Part shown: piece after piece, positions 1-12,162 of the stretch | Layout: each line of letters opens with the position of its first letter | How positions within the stretch are numbered: the stretch's first letter is position 1 | Origin: Mustelus asterias | Lineage: Eukaryota | Reading direction: 5' to 3' | DNA: 64,000 nucleotides | Assembly (NCBI RefSeq): GCF_964213995.1 | Contig: NC_135810.1 | Location: 87,110,001 to 87,174,000, forward strand | Translations under genes and position numbers: made by a program | The notes under the pieces: generated by a model | The model's database searches: none | What the model was told of the DNA's origin: nothing | Seen by the model: only the letters and a program-made list of their open reading frames with translations

Positions 1-246
1 CTCCCCTTATAGTTGAATGTGAAAAAGTTAGTATTTGCCATGAGGGTGCTCTCTTTAAGATGATTCATTACGTTCCATCACTTCAGATTGGATGATCCAT
101 ATCGTCTATTTTGATTAATTAATTATGAGGAAAGAATGTTATGTTCTTGGAGTGTACTAAAGAGTGATGCCACATAACCTATTTTTCTTAGTTCTGTCAA
201 TACAGGGAGTCATTAATACATTATCATGTTCTAAATCAGCAACGTT

Positions 247-2006
247 GGGTGGAATTCTGTGTTGAATTCGCGGGAAAACTGGAGTAATTCACACTGGCTG
301 GGGGTGATTCTCCCATCTCGCTGTGCTAATTTTCCTGTGCAGCTAGATTTCCAGAGCTGTCAGTTCCATGCAGGAAACTGGTGGGAAGAAGGGTAAATAA
401 TTTGAATCTTTATTTAAATATAACTTCAATGTAATTAGCGGGCCCAGGACTGACTTCTCCGGGACCGCTCGCATCTTCCACCCCATCAGAGTGTTTCACT
501 CCAGCCGTGTTTACAGTAGCCCCCCACCTTCGGGGAACTCGTGGCCTGACCCAGCTGGAGTGAAGTGGGCAATCAGGGCCCCACACGGGGTCAGGTGCTG
601 GGGGGGTGGTGCCCTGTGGGCAAAGGCACCCTGGCAGTGCCAGCCTGTGCCCTGGCACTGCCCAGGGGACAAAGTGCCAATGCCTAGGGGGCACCTTGGC
701 ACTGCTCATTGGGCAAGGGACACTGCCATGGGGTGGGGCCTATGGGGGAGCGGGGCCTATGGGGCGATCGATGTGAGTAGGGGGTCCCACTGCCACTCTG
801 CCATTGGGATCGATGGGGCAGGAGGGAGGCCAGCAATTGGGGCTGGCTGGGGGATGTCAACTGGGGGTGGAGGTCTGCGGAGGGGGTCAGCTGGGGATAG
901 GGAAGGCTGCCTGCTGGGGAGGATCAGCATTGCCGGGCGGTGGGGTGAAGGGGAGTTGTTTTGGGGGGGGGCTGGAGACCGGTGTGAGTTGGGAGTGGGG
1001 GTGGTCAGGGGGGCGGGGGGCTGTCAGGGAGTCAAAGAGGCAGCATTGTGGGAGTCCCGGGTTGGCCAATAATCTGGCTGGCCAGCAAATTGGAGGCTGA
1101 TAGTTTGGGGCCACTCTGTACACATGCCGAGGCCCGCTGGTTTCAGCCTCTCCCGGGTGGGATTAGGGCCCGTTCCTGAAATGAATGATATTCATGCTGG
1201 GGAGGGCCTGTGCAGTGCACAATGTGTGGGAGAATCTAGTCTGAAATCCCACTGAAAAAAGCCAGCGGGAATTACTCCAGTTTTCTCACAAATTCAACAG
1301 GCCATTTTTTTCACCCTTGCAGGCAGACAACGCCAGCACCCCCCTTCCTCCCCCCCCAACTCCCAGACTGCCCAAATCACTGGCCTCCTTCCTGCCCCCA
1401 TCAATCTCAATGGCAGAGTGGCAGCGGGACTCGCCGCCCCACCGATCGTCCCCTAGGCCCTGCCCCCCCCATATGATCTGCCCTTTTGACGTTGCCCTAT
1501 GCCCGGTGGGCAGTGCCAAGGTGCCCCCTAGGCTGGGGCACTTTGCTCCTTGAACAGTGCCAGGGGGCACAGGCTGGCAGCGTGGGGTGCCCAAACCCAA
1601 GGGGCACCACTTTCACACTGCCTGACCCCCTGGGGGGGACTCCGATTGCCCCCCTTCACTCCAGCAGGGTCGGGCCACTAGCTCCCTGTTGGTGGGGAGT
1701 TAGTGTAGTCCCCGCTGGAGTGAAACACTCTGACTGGGTGGGAGATACTAGTGGGCCCGGAGAATTCAGGCCCGGAGAATTCAGGCCCGGGCCGCTAATA
1801 GCATTTAAATAGTATGCTAAATATGATTTAAATGCTGACCCCACCTCTCAGCCGATTTCCGGCACGGAGCAGATGTGCCGAGAATCCGGTGCTGGGTGAT
1901 GCAAGGACGGTGCGAACGCTCGCGGGAACTGCAAATCGGTCGACGCATGATTTTCCCGGCTCGCTGTGCTAAAAATTTAGCACAGCAGGATGGGAGAATC
2001 GCGGCT
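247..2006 (+). mobile_element. GC-rich PIF/Harbinger-type MITE (outer copy, internally deleted, carries a nested inverted copy)
   Basis: Ends gggtggaattct... / ...gggagaatcgcggct with GTT on both flanks (244-246, 2007-2009); internal blocks shared with 49747-50872 and 53042-54153. Confidence 0.7.
301..1316 (-). mobile_element. Same-family GC-rich MITE nested in reverse orientation
   Basis: Start ggggtgattctcccatctcgctgtgctaa resembles the reverse complement of the 1970-2005 terminus; flanks CTG/TTG. Confidence 0.65.
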
Positions 2007-2357
2007 GTTATGTTGCAAAACACATCTTTGAATCTACTGCAATAATCTAACATGCTGAGTAAACTTTACACAGTGAACCTGTTTCTGTTCATTGTAGAAC
2101 TGGGTTTCTGACACCATCTTCTGCACCCTTTAGAGTGTCTCACTTAAGAGTGGCTCTTAGAATTCTACACACTAAATGAATCATATTGATAAATGGCAGT
2201 TCTACTTGAACCAATTTTCAAAACTTGAGTTTCTTTTTTTTTCAGTGCAGCATTTTAGCTCCAGAAATTAACCCCAAAATGGACAGATATAGAAGTATCT
2301 GGACACCTTGATGATGTTGTTGATAAATACCCAACTCGGGCCTCAAAATGGAATTAG

Positions 2358-2681
2358 ATCATAGAATCCCTACAGTACAGAAGGAGGCCATTCGGTCCAT
2401 TGAGTCTGTACCGAGCACAATCTCACCAAGGCCCTATCCCTGTAACCCCACATATTTACCCTAGCTAGTCCCCCTGACACTAAGGGGCAGTTTATCATGG
2501 CCAATCAGCCTAACCCACACATCTTTGGAGTGTGGGAGGAAACCGGAGCACCCGGAGGAAACCCACATAGACACTGGGAGAATGTGCAAACTCCACACAG
2601 ACAGTAACCCAAGCCGGGAATTGAACCCAGGTCCCTGGAGCTGTGAGGCAGCAGTGCTAACCACTGTGCCACCATGCCACC
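2358..2681 (-). mobile_element. HE1-type V-SINE, full length, CR1-type tail
   Basis: tRNA-like head (TGGCACAGTGG A-box, GGTTCAATTCC B-box), V-domain core, tail ...CTGTAGGGATTCTATGAT. Confidence 0.95.
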
Positions 2682-2958
2682 TGGGGTTTTCATATGGTTT
2701 TCTCTTCATTGATTTCAACCACACCATGGTATGGTACAGGTAGCCTTCATTTTGTGTGAGATTAGTTGACTTTGTCCATGGTGCCAATTAATTAACAAAA
2801 AGCAACCTCAACCTCAGGAGGAAGGTTGAGGCAAGCTTCCTTGGACCTGATGGGTATCGGTGATCCATTCTGGAATTTGCACAGATTGATATTGGGGTGA
2901 GGATAAGTTCAAATCTGATGGTGAGCGTGCCGTGGTCACAAAGCGTCCTAATACTCAC

Positions 2959-3048
2959 TGTGAAGAGTGAGAGCAGGTTGTTCACTTGAAGAATGGCCAC
3001 AGGGACAACATGGAATTGGAGGATCACTGGAACCGTTGAACCATATTC
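2959..3048 (-). other. Possible 90-bp exon, product unknown
   Basis: Pyrimidine tract plus ctag acceptor and CA|GTGAGT donor; two open frames; no recognised protein. Confidence 0.2.
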
Positions 3049-3345
3049 CTAGCAGGAGCCCAAAAGAAAACAAAACTCCTTAAAGCACAGTGCAGACGCC
3101 CACCTGCTCACTTGAAAAGTGATGAGACTGTGTTTCTTTATTCTCACTCTTGGCTTTAACTGCAGAATTTTCCAACTATTTTTGCAATCTCATGCTTTTG
3201 TTAGTGTTTTCTCACAGAAGTCTGTACTTGTTGTTTATTTCCCTCTGGGTGTCTTTGCTGACAATACGCGCGCATGCTCAGTAGCTATCATTAGAATTAA
3301 CCCTTTACACTACCTGTTCCCCACACTGCTCTCATCAGAGTCTTA

Positions 3346-3998
3346 GGCTCGGATGCTCCCAAAATAATTCTAAGTCCCCGACTTGTGGGAAAATGGGAGG
3401 AATTTCTGCTAGGCTTTTAGGGTGATTTTGAAACTGAATCTCCCAAACTCTGTGCATCACCGAGTGCCCTGACAGGATTCCCTCTGGAAATCTGGGGGTG
3501 GGCCCTATTTCCGCTCGAGAGGCCAGCAGCATAGTGCTAAGTGGGCCACTGTGCATGTGCTAATCTGTCAGAGTGGAGATCCGCGCATGTGCAGTGGCCC
3601 TGCATTGCTGCCCTTCTGATTGCTGGCCAGCCCTGCAACACCCCTATTGCTGGCCTTCTGACCACCCCCCCCCAACTCTTGATCAATGGCCTTCTGGACC
3701 TCCCCAGGTCAACCCCTATGTTCCTATTCCCCCCTTTCCCTGGCCAATCTCCCTGAACTGAAGCCCCCCGCCCCCCCTCCCCCCCGACAACCCGATCTCT
3801 CTGACGACCATAGTGACGCTAGCAGGCCCTGAGACTACAGTGCCACGCCCTCTAATGAAATGGAAATCCAGATTTCCATGTTGTAATCAGCTCTGCACGG
3901 AACTGATTATACTGGAAATCCTAGTCTGCGAGACTCGCGGAGGTCATGGCGCCCAGCAGGAAGCCCGCGAAATGGCCTGCATTGAAGTCTCCCAGCCC
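3346..3998 (+). mobile_element. GC-rich Harbinger-type MITE, partial
   Basis: Left part homologous to 49750-50000 (aattctaag...gaatctccca...ctgtgca...gcgcatgtgcagtggccc). Confidence 0.65.
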
Positions 3999-4299
3999 CT
4001 TTATTCCCATACTATTGTACACATATTCTCCTAGACCTCCCCATCGTCAACTACACCTCCCCACAAAGTCTCTTCTCTTAAAAGAAAAGTCTGGTTGATG
4101 GTCTCACCTGCCTTCCTGCGTGAGTGTGGAGCTCCTTCTGAGTTAGATGGGAAACCCGTTGCTCTGAGGTCAGTGCATGGAGATTATCACCCCTAGTTTC
4201 CCTCATTTGTGACTCTGTAGCTGTGACATTCCATTTATAGCTCTGTCTATCCTGAAAATGGTTTCCTGTCCATTGAAATTAGGGCAGACTTTTTCCTCA

Positions 4300-4765
4300 G
4301 AATGGTGCCTGACATAGTCTTGACCAGATATTATCTTGGCTGCTGTATCTTCTCATTACTATACCGGCATGGTTCCAGTCTCTGACCCATATTCTCTTTC
4401 CTCTTCCAAGAATCAGAAGGTTGTGAGTGCCATGCCTTTGATTAAATGTATGAACTTGACTCACCTGATAGACTTCTTCCTTCTTCCTAGCTCCATCATG
4501 GTCTTTCACCATGGTAGCAAGGTATGGGACAGGTGAGGAAGTTGGGTCTTTAGCTTGTAGTCTATGAGAAGCTCACCTGGGACAAGCCCGTTATGTAATG
4601 GTGTGGGTGATGAATAAGCAGAGCAAGTTCAAAGTTGTCATTCTTCTTCATTAGGGTTTTTATAGTGCATATTTCTCACTCAACTCCCCTGTTGTACTGA
4701 GGGTATTTTGGGAAGTTTGTGGTATGCACTCACTACCAAATTCTGGTCCATTATCTGTTTTGCCA
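4300..4765 (-). pseudogene. Gypsy/Ty3 LTR-retrotransposon integrase C-terminal remnant
   Basis: Frameshifted minus-strand translation DNGPEF..HTTNFPKYPQYN..TIKTLMKKNDNFELALL..TPLHNGLVPGELL..KLKTQLP, matching the Gypsy integrase pattern SDNGPQF/HITSSPxYPQSNG/TPLxNGLSPAELL. Confidence 0.7.
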
Positions 4766-4767
4766 TT

Positions 4768-5220
4768 GTTAGGAAACAATGGTAGGTTTAAGTGTATTTG
4801 TATTGTTAAATAATGTAGAGATTTAACTGGGTTTAGTTTAATGTTCTATGTAGGAAAGGGTGCAATTCGAGTTCGAAATGTGTAAAACAAAGGTGTTTGT
4901 ATGTATGGGGGTTTTTGGTTCCAGTTCAAGCAATGTTTCTATTGTGCTGAGGAAGGGTTTACATTGGGAAAAATAAACACTAGCTTGAAGAAAGAATGAA
5001 ATGTTGCTTAGCAACCAAGGGCACCTTTAGGATAGAAAGACTTTTGAGTGGATTTTAAACTGAAGTTACAGGCAATTGTAGATAGGAAGCTAGAGAAGGA
5101 ACAGCTCTTAGCTCTGCTAGAAGCAGGAAAGCTACACAATGGAGTAATGGGCACAAAAGCAAGCTGTACTTTGCTGTACTTTCCTGAGCAAGACCTCCAA
5201 GATGTGGTTAATCTGGTTAA
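4768..5220 (+). mobile_element. Partial LTR-like segment
   Basis: Starts TGTTAGG abruptly at the end of the integrase remnant; composition like the LTR at 34415-35433; right end not seen. Confidence 0.4.
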
Positions 5221-5272
5221 TGTTCCTCCATTCAGCTGATAATTCTTCACTTACCATTGATAGTCAAACAGT

Positions 5273-5620
5273 GGGGTGGCACAGTGGCAAAGTGGTTAGC
5301 ACTGCTGCCTCACAGCACCATGGACCCGGCCTAGGGTGACTGCCTAAGTGGAGTTTGCACATTCTCCCCGTGTCTGCATACGTTTCCTTGGGTGCTTTGG
5401 TTGCCTCCCACAGTCCAAAGATGTGCAGGTTCGGAGGATTGGCCAAGTTAAATTGCCCTTTAGTGTCCCAAGATGTATAGGTTGAATGGATTAACCATGA
5501 TAAATGTGTGGGGTTATAGGACGGGAGAGAGGGCCTGCGTAAGATGCTCTGTCAGAGAGTCAGGGCAGACTCGATGGGCCGAATGGCCTCTTCTGCACTG
5601 TGGAGATTCTACGCTTTTAT
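5273..5620 (+). mobile_element. HE1-type V-SINE
   Basis: Head, V-domain and tail gactcgatgggccgaatggcctc...gattct. Confidence 0.9.
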
Positions 5621-6294
5621 GAGTTTCTCCCTTTCAGGGCCATTTAAATGTAACCAGTTGGTGAGGAGAAGCCAACCAGCTTGCAGAACTGCCTCTCTGA
5701 ACATGCTTTCCTTGGGCTGATGCCTATAGCCCAGCTAGTGGGTGGGACATTTAGCAGAAGACAGATCCCTGTGTATTATTCAAATGACCTTTCCTCATAA
5801 CCATTCCCCCTTGCACTAAGATAAAGGTTGATCAGGGCTAGAAATGTTATTCTTTTTATTATGTTACAAATCCTGTTTTGGGTTAAGGATAAAATAAATA
5901 TATTATGGAAAACTGAGTCGAGGGTTGGAACATTTTGCGTAGCTGCGTAGTTACCTCTGAATCTGTACAGTTACAAAATTGTGATTCATTATGTTTATTT
6001 TAGTCAATCGAAAAGTGTGATGCCAGAGAGTGTGACATGAAGTTGTGATGTTAGCAGCTGTTGTAGGAAGTGCAGAGGCAGAGTGTTAGGGAATAAGATC
6101 TGACATCAAAACACTTTTAACACAATAGATGGTAGATTAATAGATAGATAATAACTTGTTTCAATATCACAGTGGAGCCTAAAAATAAAAAAAAATCCAC
6201 ATCTGCTTACTTTTACTATTGTCCCATATAATATATATTCTGCCATTATCTTAATCCAAGCTATTCTATATTACTTTAAAGTTGATTGTTAGAA

Positions 6295-6770
6295 TAACAT
6301 AGGAGCATAGGAACTAGGAGCAGAGGTAGGCAAATTCAGCCCTTCAAACCTGCTCCACCATTCAATCAGATCATGGCTGATCTCCCCCGGTCTCAAATCC
6401 ACCTCCCCACCTGTTCCCCATATCCCTTTATCCCTTTTTTAATTAGAAATATATCTATCTCCTTCTTGAAACCATTCAACGATTCAGACTCCACCGCGCT
6501 ATGGGGCAGCAAGTTCCTCAAATTCACCACCCTCTGTGAGAAGTAGTTCCTCCTCATCTCAATTTTGTATCCACCACCTCTCAACCTGAACCTGTGACCT
6601 CTTGTTCGAAATTGCCCCATAAAAGGAAACATTTGATCTACATTTACTTTATCAATCCCTTTTAAAATGTTATATACCTCGATCAGATCCCCTCTCATCC
6701 TTCTAAACTCCAGTGAGTATAAGCCCAAATCTCTCCTCAAACATCAACCCTTTCATCCCCTGGAATCCGC
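6295..6770 (-). mobile_element. CR1 LINE 3' end
   Basis: ORF 6393-6740 LYSLEFRRMRGDLIEVY..TRGH..FSQRVVNL is the CR1 ORF2 C-terminus; 3' UTR with short-repeat tail. Confidence 0.92.
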
Positions 6771-7198
6771 GAACAACTTATAATTAAATATGAGGGCTCA
6801 GTATAGCTCCAACATTGGAAAACACCAAAACACTGACTTGGAAAATCTAAATTTAAAAGTCTAAATCTTTGCTTATCAGCAAAGCTCAAAGCTGACAACA
6901 CCAACTGTCAGAGACAGCGGGCTCAAAGTTTTTCCAATACATTACAGTATGATCCTGTCTAAACTTTCGAGACATACAGCTTCATTGGCAAAATAGACAG
7001 TCTATCAAGCACTCCAGCTGGTAACTACAGGGAAGAGAATTGCACTCTATCAAGCTCACAGGTGTCTCCGTAAAAGAATGATCACAGTCTTGCTGTGCAG
7101 GGAAGATTTTATTTTGGAACAAGATGCTAATCACTTAAGAAGTAATACCTTCCTAAAGAAGTAATCTCTACAGTCGTGAAGCAGCCAAAATAAATATT

Positions 7199-7303
7199 GA
7201 GTTCTGAAGAAGAGTCATATGGACTCAAGACGTTAACTCTGTTTCTCCCTCCACAGATACTGCCAGACCTGCTGAGCTTTTTCAGCGTTTTCTGTTTTTA
7301 TTT
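7199..7303 (+). mobile_element. Penelope-like terminus, family B single arm, degenerate hammerhead motif
   Basis: gagtt-CTGAAGA-A-GAGTC-atatg-GACTC-aaga-CGTT-aactc followed by ...ccacagatactgccagacctgctgag. Confidence 0.75.
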
Positions 7304-7698
7304 AATATAAGTGTTTTGCGCTATGATAAACAAAACAAAAGAACACTAATCTGCATGTAGCACATTCAGTTCATTCTCAATAAAACTGATCATTCCCTTC
7401 TCATTAATGTTCGTGGTTGGAATGTGCCTCTGTGCTGACTTAGCCTTTTCTCGTCGATTATTTACTTAGATTATATTTTATATGGTATCCCAGAGCAACT
7501 TAAGAGTTAAGTTTCAGGTTTTTAAATTGAACATCTTCGGCAGTCTTCGATATGTGAAAATTAACGTGATTTTGATTGTATTTATTTCTATCAATGTTTT
7601 CCCACAGGCCAGGATACCTACTCATAGAATATTTAAATCAATTACTATAAAACTACCTCCGTGCTGAGTCAGGGAATATACTAGAGTCTGAAGGGCTG

Positions 7699-8462
7699 GG
7701 TGGAATCTTGTCGCTTGCAGTGAGTTTGGAGGTGGAGCCATTTAATCAGGTGGAAGGGTAGCAGGTGGTGGACCAATCATCTTTCTGTCTCCATCCCGAT
7801 TAATTCCGTGATGGGAAGGGCTGTGGATAGTCTTCCGGCCCAGCCACCAAGTGAGGCATTTGAGTGGCCAATTGATCCCCTTTTAATGGTCTTATCTCAT
7901 TGTTGCTGGTATTACTCCAATGGGGAGCAGGGGGCTGGCTCATCATGTGGCATGCAGGGCAAGCAAACCTTGGCATGTTTGCTAGCTAGTTCAGAGCTGG
8001 GGTGGTGGGGTCCCTTGTTCAAAGGCACTCAGTGCCTGATAGAGAGATCCAACGTCGGGAGGTGGGGAGCTGCTAAGAGCCACTGCCTTTTCAGCCAATT
8101 CCCCTACATAGTGTCCTCCTAAACCCCCACCCCGCCACCCCACCAGAACACACCCGTGTCCTAGGCCTCAGCATGTTGCCATTCCGGCAGCAGTTACCAC
8201 CATCTCAGTGGTGCTGACATTTTAAAGAGCTGTTGGCCTCTGATAGGCTGGCAAATTTTGGTAAGCAGCACTCCCGCCCCCCTCACCCCCTCCACACACC
8301 CCTCCTCAAGGGTCCTGATTCTGGGGAGAGGTCCACTGTTGCCTGTCAACTGCCTGATTGATACGTGCTACTGGTGGGCTTTCTCGGAGTGAACATTAAG
8401 TGGGGGTCTCGCCAGCTTTTGAGCCGGGGCCAAGACCAACTTCACTGCTGCAAGATTCTCCC
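7699..8462. mobile_element. Harbinger-type MITE
   Basis: TIRs ggtggaatcttg / caagattctccc; flanks CTG/ATG. Confidence 0.6.
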
Positions 8463-8494
8463 ATGATGGCTAGAGTGTGACAAGCAAGTTTGAC

Positions 8495-8800
8495 ACACAG
8501 TGGCACAGTGGTTAGCATTATTGCCTCACAGCGTCAGGGATCCGGGTTCAATTCCCGGCTCGGGTCACTGTCTGTGTGGAGTTTGCACATTCTCCCCATG
8601 TCTGTGTGGGTTTCCTCTGGATGCTCCAATTTCCTTCCACAGCCCCAAAGACATGCTGGTTTGGTGAATTGGCCCTGCTAAATTCTCCCTCAGTGTACCC
8701 GAACAGATGCCGGAGTGTGGCAACTAGGGAAATTTCACAGTAACCTCATTGCAGTGTTAACGTAAGACTACTTGTGGCTAATAAATAAACTTTAAACTTT
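8495..8800 (+). mobile_element. V-SINE, alternative-tail subfamily
   Basis: HE1 head and V-domain, then ...ggagtgtggcaactaggg..tttcacagtaac..tacttgtgg..aataaataaacttt. Confidence 0.9.
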
Positions 8801-8924
8801 AGTTTCTTGGGATCTCCTGCCCCAGGAAGTGTTTCTGTTCCATTTCCCTATAGCCCTCACACCAAGGGAGCCCAGGGTAGCATCGAGAATGGTCTCACAT
8901 GCAACGAAAGGACGTGGAAGGTCA

Positions 8925-9237
8925 GGTAAAAGACTATTTCCTCGGGTGGATGGAGCTATTACAAGGGGGCATAACTATAGGGTTCGTGGTGGGAGATACA
9001 GGAAGGATATCAGAGGTAGGTTCTTTACGCAGAGAGTGGTTGGGGTGTGGAATGGACTGCCTGCAGTGATAGTGGAGTCAGACACTTTAGGAACATTTAA
9101 GCGGTTATTGGATAGGCACATGGAGCACACCAGGATGATAGGGAGTGGGATAGCTTGATCTTGGTTTCAGATAAAGCTCGGCACAACATCGTGGGCCGAA
9201 GGGCCTGTTCTGTGCTGTACTGTTCTATGTTCTATGT
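8925..9237 (+). mobile_element. CR1 LINE 3' end, young subfamily
   Basis: LFPRVDGAITRGHNYRVRGG..FFTQRVVGVWNGLP; (gttctat)n tail; last 140 bp match 38418-38557 with 1 mismatch. Confidence 0.92.
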
Positions 9238-9388
9238 AAGTCATATATCATCTAAAGGTTTTGCTCTCGGTCAACAACTTCAGTCATCACACTGGTGCAG
9301 ACTTCTGAGATTCCAAACCTCTTTAATTCCATCAGAGAATGAGCCCTGACCGAGAAAACTGGATTGGGGTCATGGAGTGCATGAATAT

Positions 9389-9426
9389 AGTAAGAGTTTT
9401 AACAACACCAGGTTAATATGCACCAC
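9389..9426. mobile_element. 38-bp Penelope family A micro-insertion
   Basis: agtaagagttttaacaacaccaggttaa matches the family A arm; perfect 12-bp TSD gtgcatgaatat (9377-9388, 9427-9438). Confidence 0.75.
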
Positions 9427-9659
9427 GTGCATGAATATGGCAGTGTGACTCTGCAGGGGCGAGATTTAGATAAACCAACTCTTTACCACCAGCAGACTTC
9501 CTGTGGTGTCTAATAAACAGGGGTAGGCTTTGTGACCGACTGTCACTTATACACGGAATGGAGAATCAAGTACAATGTTTAATGGGCAGCTGATCGGATA
9601 ATGTCAGCTTTGCAACACGACCAAAAGTGAAAGCCTACCCACTGTTTATAATGATAGGA

Positions 9660-10515
9660 TGTGACGATACTGTGCCTTTAAAAAATGTACTTTCATCATA
9701 TTTCTCTGCAAGTTTTTCAAACAGGCCCAAGTATTTTATTGTTGCCCAAACGTCTGTAAGTGGTGACCTCTAATTGTTGCTGAAACAATATAACGGCCTT
9801 CATATTTGTTTTTAATCTGGACGAATGCAGTGTCCTGGCAGTTTTATGATCCTTTTGGAATCATTGGTACAGAATGATTGGCAGGTCAGGTGATGTCTGG
9901 GGGACAGTTGTTTTGCACAGAAAGGTCCAAGGCTTTAGTTTCATTTTGGACCAGAAGCTGTTTGGACTTGAGGCTGAAAGCAGTGTTTCTTGTTTCCCTC
10001 TGCCTGGAGTTGGAAATTCTGTTGTCTGTGAGTTGCTTCCGAGAAGCTGGTGGAGGCTGGCAGCATCTCTGTCTCTCTCTCTCCAGAGGTGTGCTGAAAG
10101 TTCCAGGACTAGGAAGCCTCAGGGTTTTAATCCTAGATTCCAAAGGACCAATTCACAGCAGGTGTTACAAAGCTGCAAAATCCGACACCATGTGAGCATA
10201 CTAGTTTTTGTGCCAAGTCTAGGAAGGGGTGTATGTTTATGGGGCATTGTTTGACTTGCTATATGATAGTTAGATGTTAAGGTTCATATTATATCACAGT
10301 TGATTCTTGTAAGTGGTAAAAGTAATGCCAGTTTTTCTTGGTACATGTTAACTATGTTCTTAAATAAAGTTTGTTTGATAAAGTTTCCTAGTGGTCACCT
10401 GAATCGTACCTGGAGTGAAACATCTTATGCTCACCCATGCCAAAATCAAATGTAAAACTTAGAGTCTAGGCTAACTTTGTAAAACACCTTAAAGAGTTTC
10501 CGGCCTGAGTAAATA
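9660..10515 (+). mobile_element. Solo LTR
   Basis: TGTGA start, AATAAA near 10363; both ends homologous to the inverted copy at 19414-20261. Confidence 0.7.
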
Positions 10516-10746
10516 ATGACTTCAATCAAACCATTGAAGTTGGCCTATTGGAGTATGAACTCCCTGATTAAGGATCCAATTGATGGGCCAATCAGGGAGT
10601 CTTTGCCTTGTACTTAACTGGGAGTGTCAGTTCCTCTGATACCCCCGGAGATAGACTGCTAACTATTAGCACTCTGTGTACTGCTGTTAGAGTTGTAAAT
10701 AAAGGGATTTTGGTGAAGGGACTTCTGCCTCCGAAGACTTATTGCA
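10516..10746 (+). mobile_element. Short LTR-like element
   Basis: TG...CA bounded, ccaatcagggag box, AATAAA about 45 bp before the end. Confidence 0.5.
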
Positions 10747-10764
10747 GTAATAACAAGGGTTATA

Positions 10765-10955
10765 GGATGACATGGTGGCACAGTGGATGGCACTGTTGCC
10801 TCACAATGCCAAGGACCCTGGTTCAATTACAGCCTTGGATGGCTATCTGTGTGGAGTTTGCCATGTTCTCCCTGAGTCTGTGTGGGTTTCCTCTGGGTGC
10901 TCAGGTTTCCTCCCACACTCCAAACATGGATTGGCCATGCTAAATTACCCTTTAG
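10765..10955 (+). mobile_element. V-SINE, 3'-truncated
   Basis: Diverged head and V-domain ending at gccatgctaaattaccc. Confidence 0.85.
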
Positions 10956-11675
10956 TTTTCCATTCCCCCCACCCCTCCATCTCTCCCCACACCCACTGAA
11001 GTTTTAACTGGAGAAGGCTGAGCGGGCACGGGGACCATGGCCTCATAATACTGCCTGGAACAAACTATTGAGGTCACACTGAAGAATCCATTGGGATTTG
11101 TGATGTCGGAATTGAATGGATTCTAAACTTGTACTTGGCAACATTTCACTATCTATCTGACAAAGTGAAAAATATCAGCCATTCCTGTAATCTTGGTACC
11201 ATTTTCATTTTGTACACTGCAGACTGTAATAAGTAGTGAATAAATTATAAGTGCATATGAAACAGAAGAAAAAACATTTTGAAAAAAACTAAGATTTGTT
11301 TGTTTTGTTGCTTATAACACACTGTTGATAAACAATTGCTGCAACCAAGTTTTTTGAAGATAACTGATAATTTGGACAGAAGAAAATATATTTACATCAC
11401 CGCAATATGTTTTAAAACTCATGATAGATCAGATCTAGTCTGAAGCCTCTCAAAAAGCTACACAATATTTCCTTTCTGCTGGTACTGTAATCAGAAATAT
11501 AATAACTTATCAATATATAATTAAGTAGTTAATGATTTATGTAAGTTTATAATCTCATGATTATAATTTCTCTATTAGGGCTCTCTATGAGAGCTCCATT
11601 AAATTGTTGGTAGACTATTTTTTTCATCTTCACATGGCTCCTGAGATCTGTCCCTGTTGCATTTTGAATTAGTTA

Positions 11676-11785
11676 GACCAGCCTTTATTGCCCATCTCTA
11701 ATTGCCCTTGAGAAGGTGATGGTGAGCTATCTTCTTGAACTGTTGCCCTCCATGTGCTGTAGGAACACCCACAGTGGTGTTGTGC
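11676..11785 (-). mobile_element. CR1/L2-group LINE 3' fragment, tail shared with the second tRNA-SINE family
   Basis: ccagcctttattgcccatctctaattgcccttgagaagg...; its first 30 bp match the tail of the SINEs at 37090 and 58390. Confidence 0.6.
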
Positions 11786-12099
11786 TGTTTATATGCAGTT
11801 TAACCATGAACTTAAACTGCATCTATTTACATAATACTGTAAATAGTGAAAGCCAGATATGGAAGGGAAATATTTGATGGGCCTCAGACCTGTTACCTTT
11901 GGATTAGCAAAGTGCCATTGTTCCCTAACTAGGTGAAGATCTCCACCTTTTTTTCTGTTACTTAATCCAAATTAAGCATCACCTGAGTTTTCACTTCTGA
12001 CTCTCTAAACGGACTTATTTTCCTTTCAGTACGACCTTATGTGTTTGCAGGTTATGCTCTTTCACAATCTATTTGACTGTCCAGCCAAAAATTAATTGC

Positions 12100-12162
12100 A
12101 TTCTGACGAGAGAGAAATAGTTGTTGTTGCTTCGAGTCCGATACGACTCTTCTTTCGAACAG
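12100..12162 (-). mobile_element. Penelope family B fragment
   Basis: Reverse complement ..aagaAGAGTCgtatcgGACTCGAAgc is a stem-II hairpin remnant. Confidence 0.5.

Noticed and set aside
491-1812. Long Gly/Pro-rich ORFs (also 47231-47760, 49821-50356, 53116-53730)
   Set aside because: They lie in GC-rich MITEs with G/C homopolymers, are open on both strands and have no domain; stop-codon scarcity explains them
2590-2681. tRNA genes suggested by A/B-box motifs, here and at other SINE heads
   Set aside because: Each runs directly into a SINE body and tail and lacks a full cloverleaf
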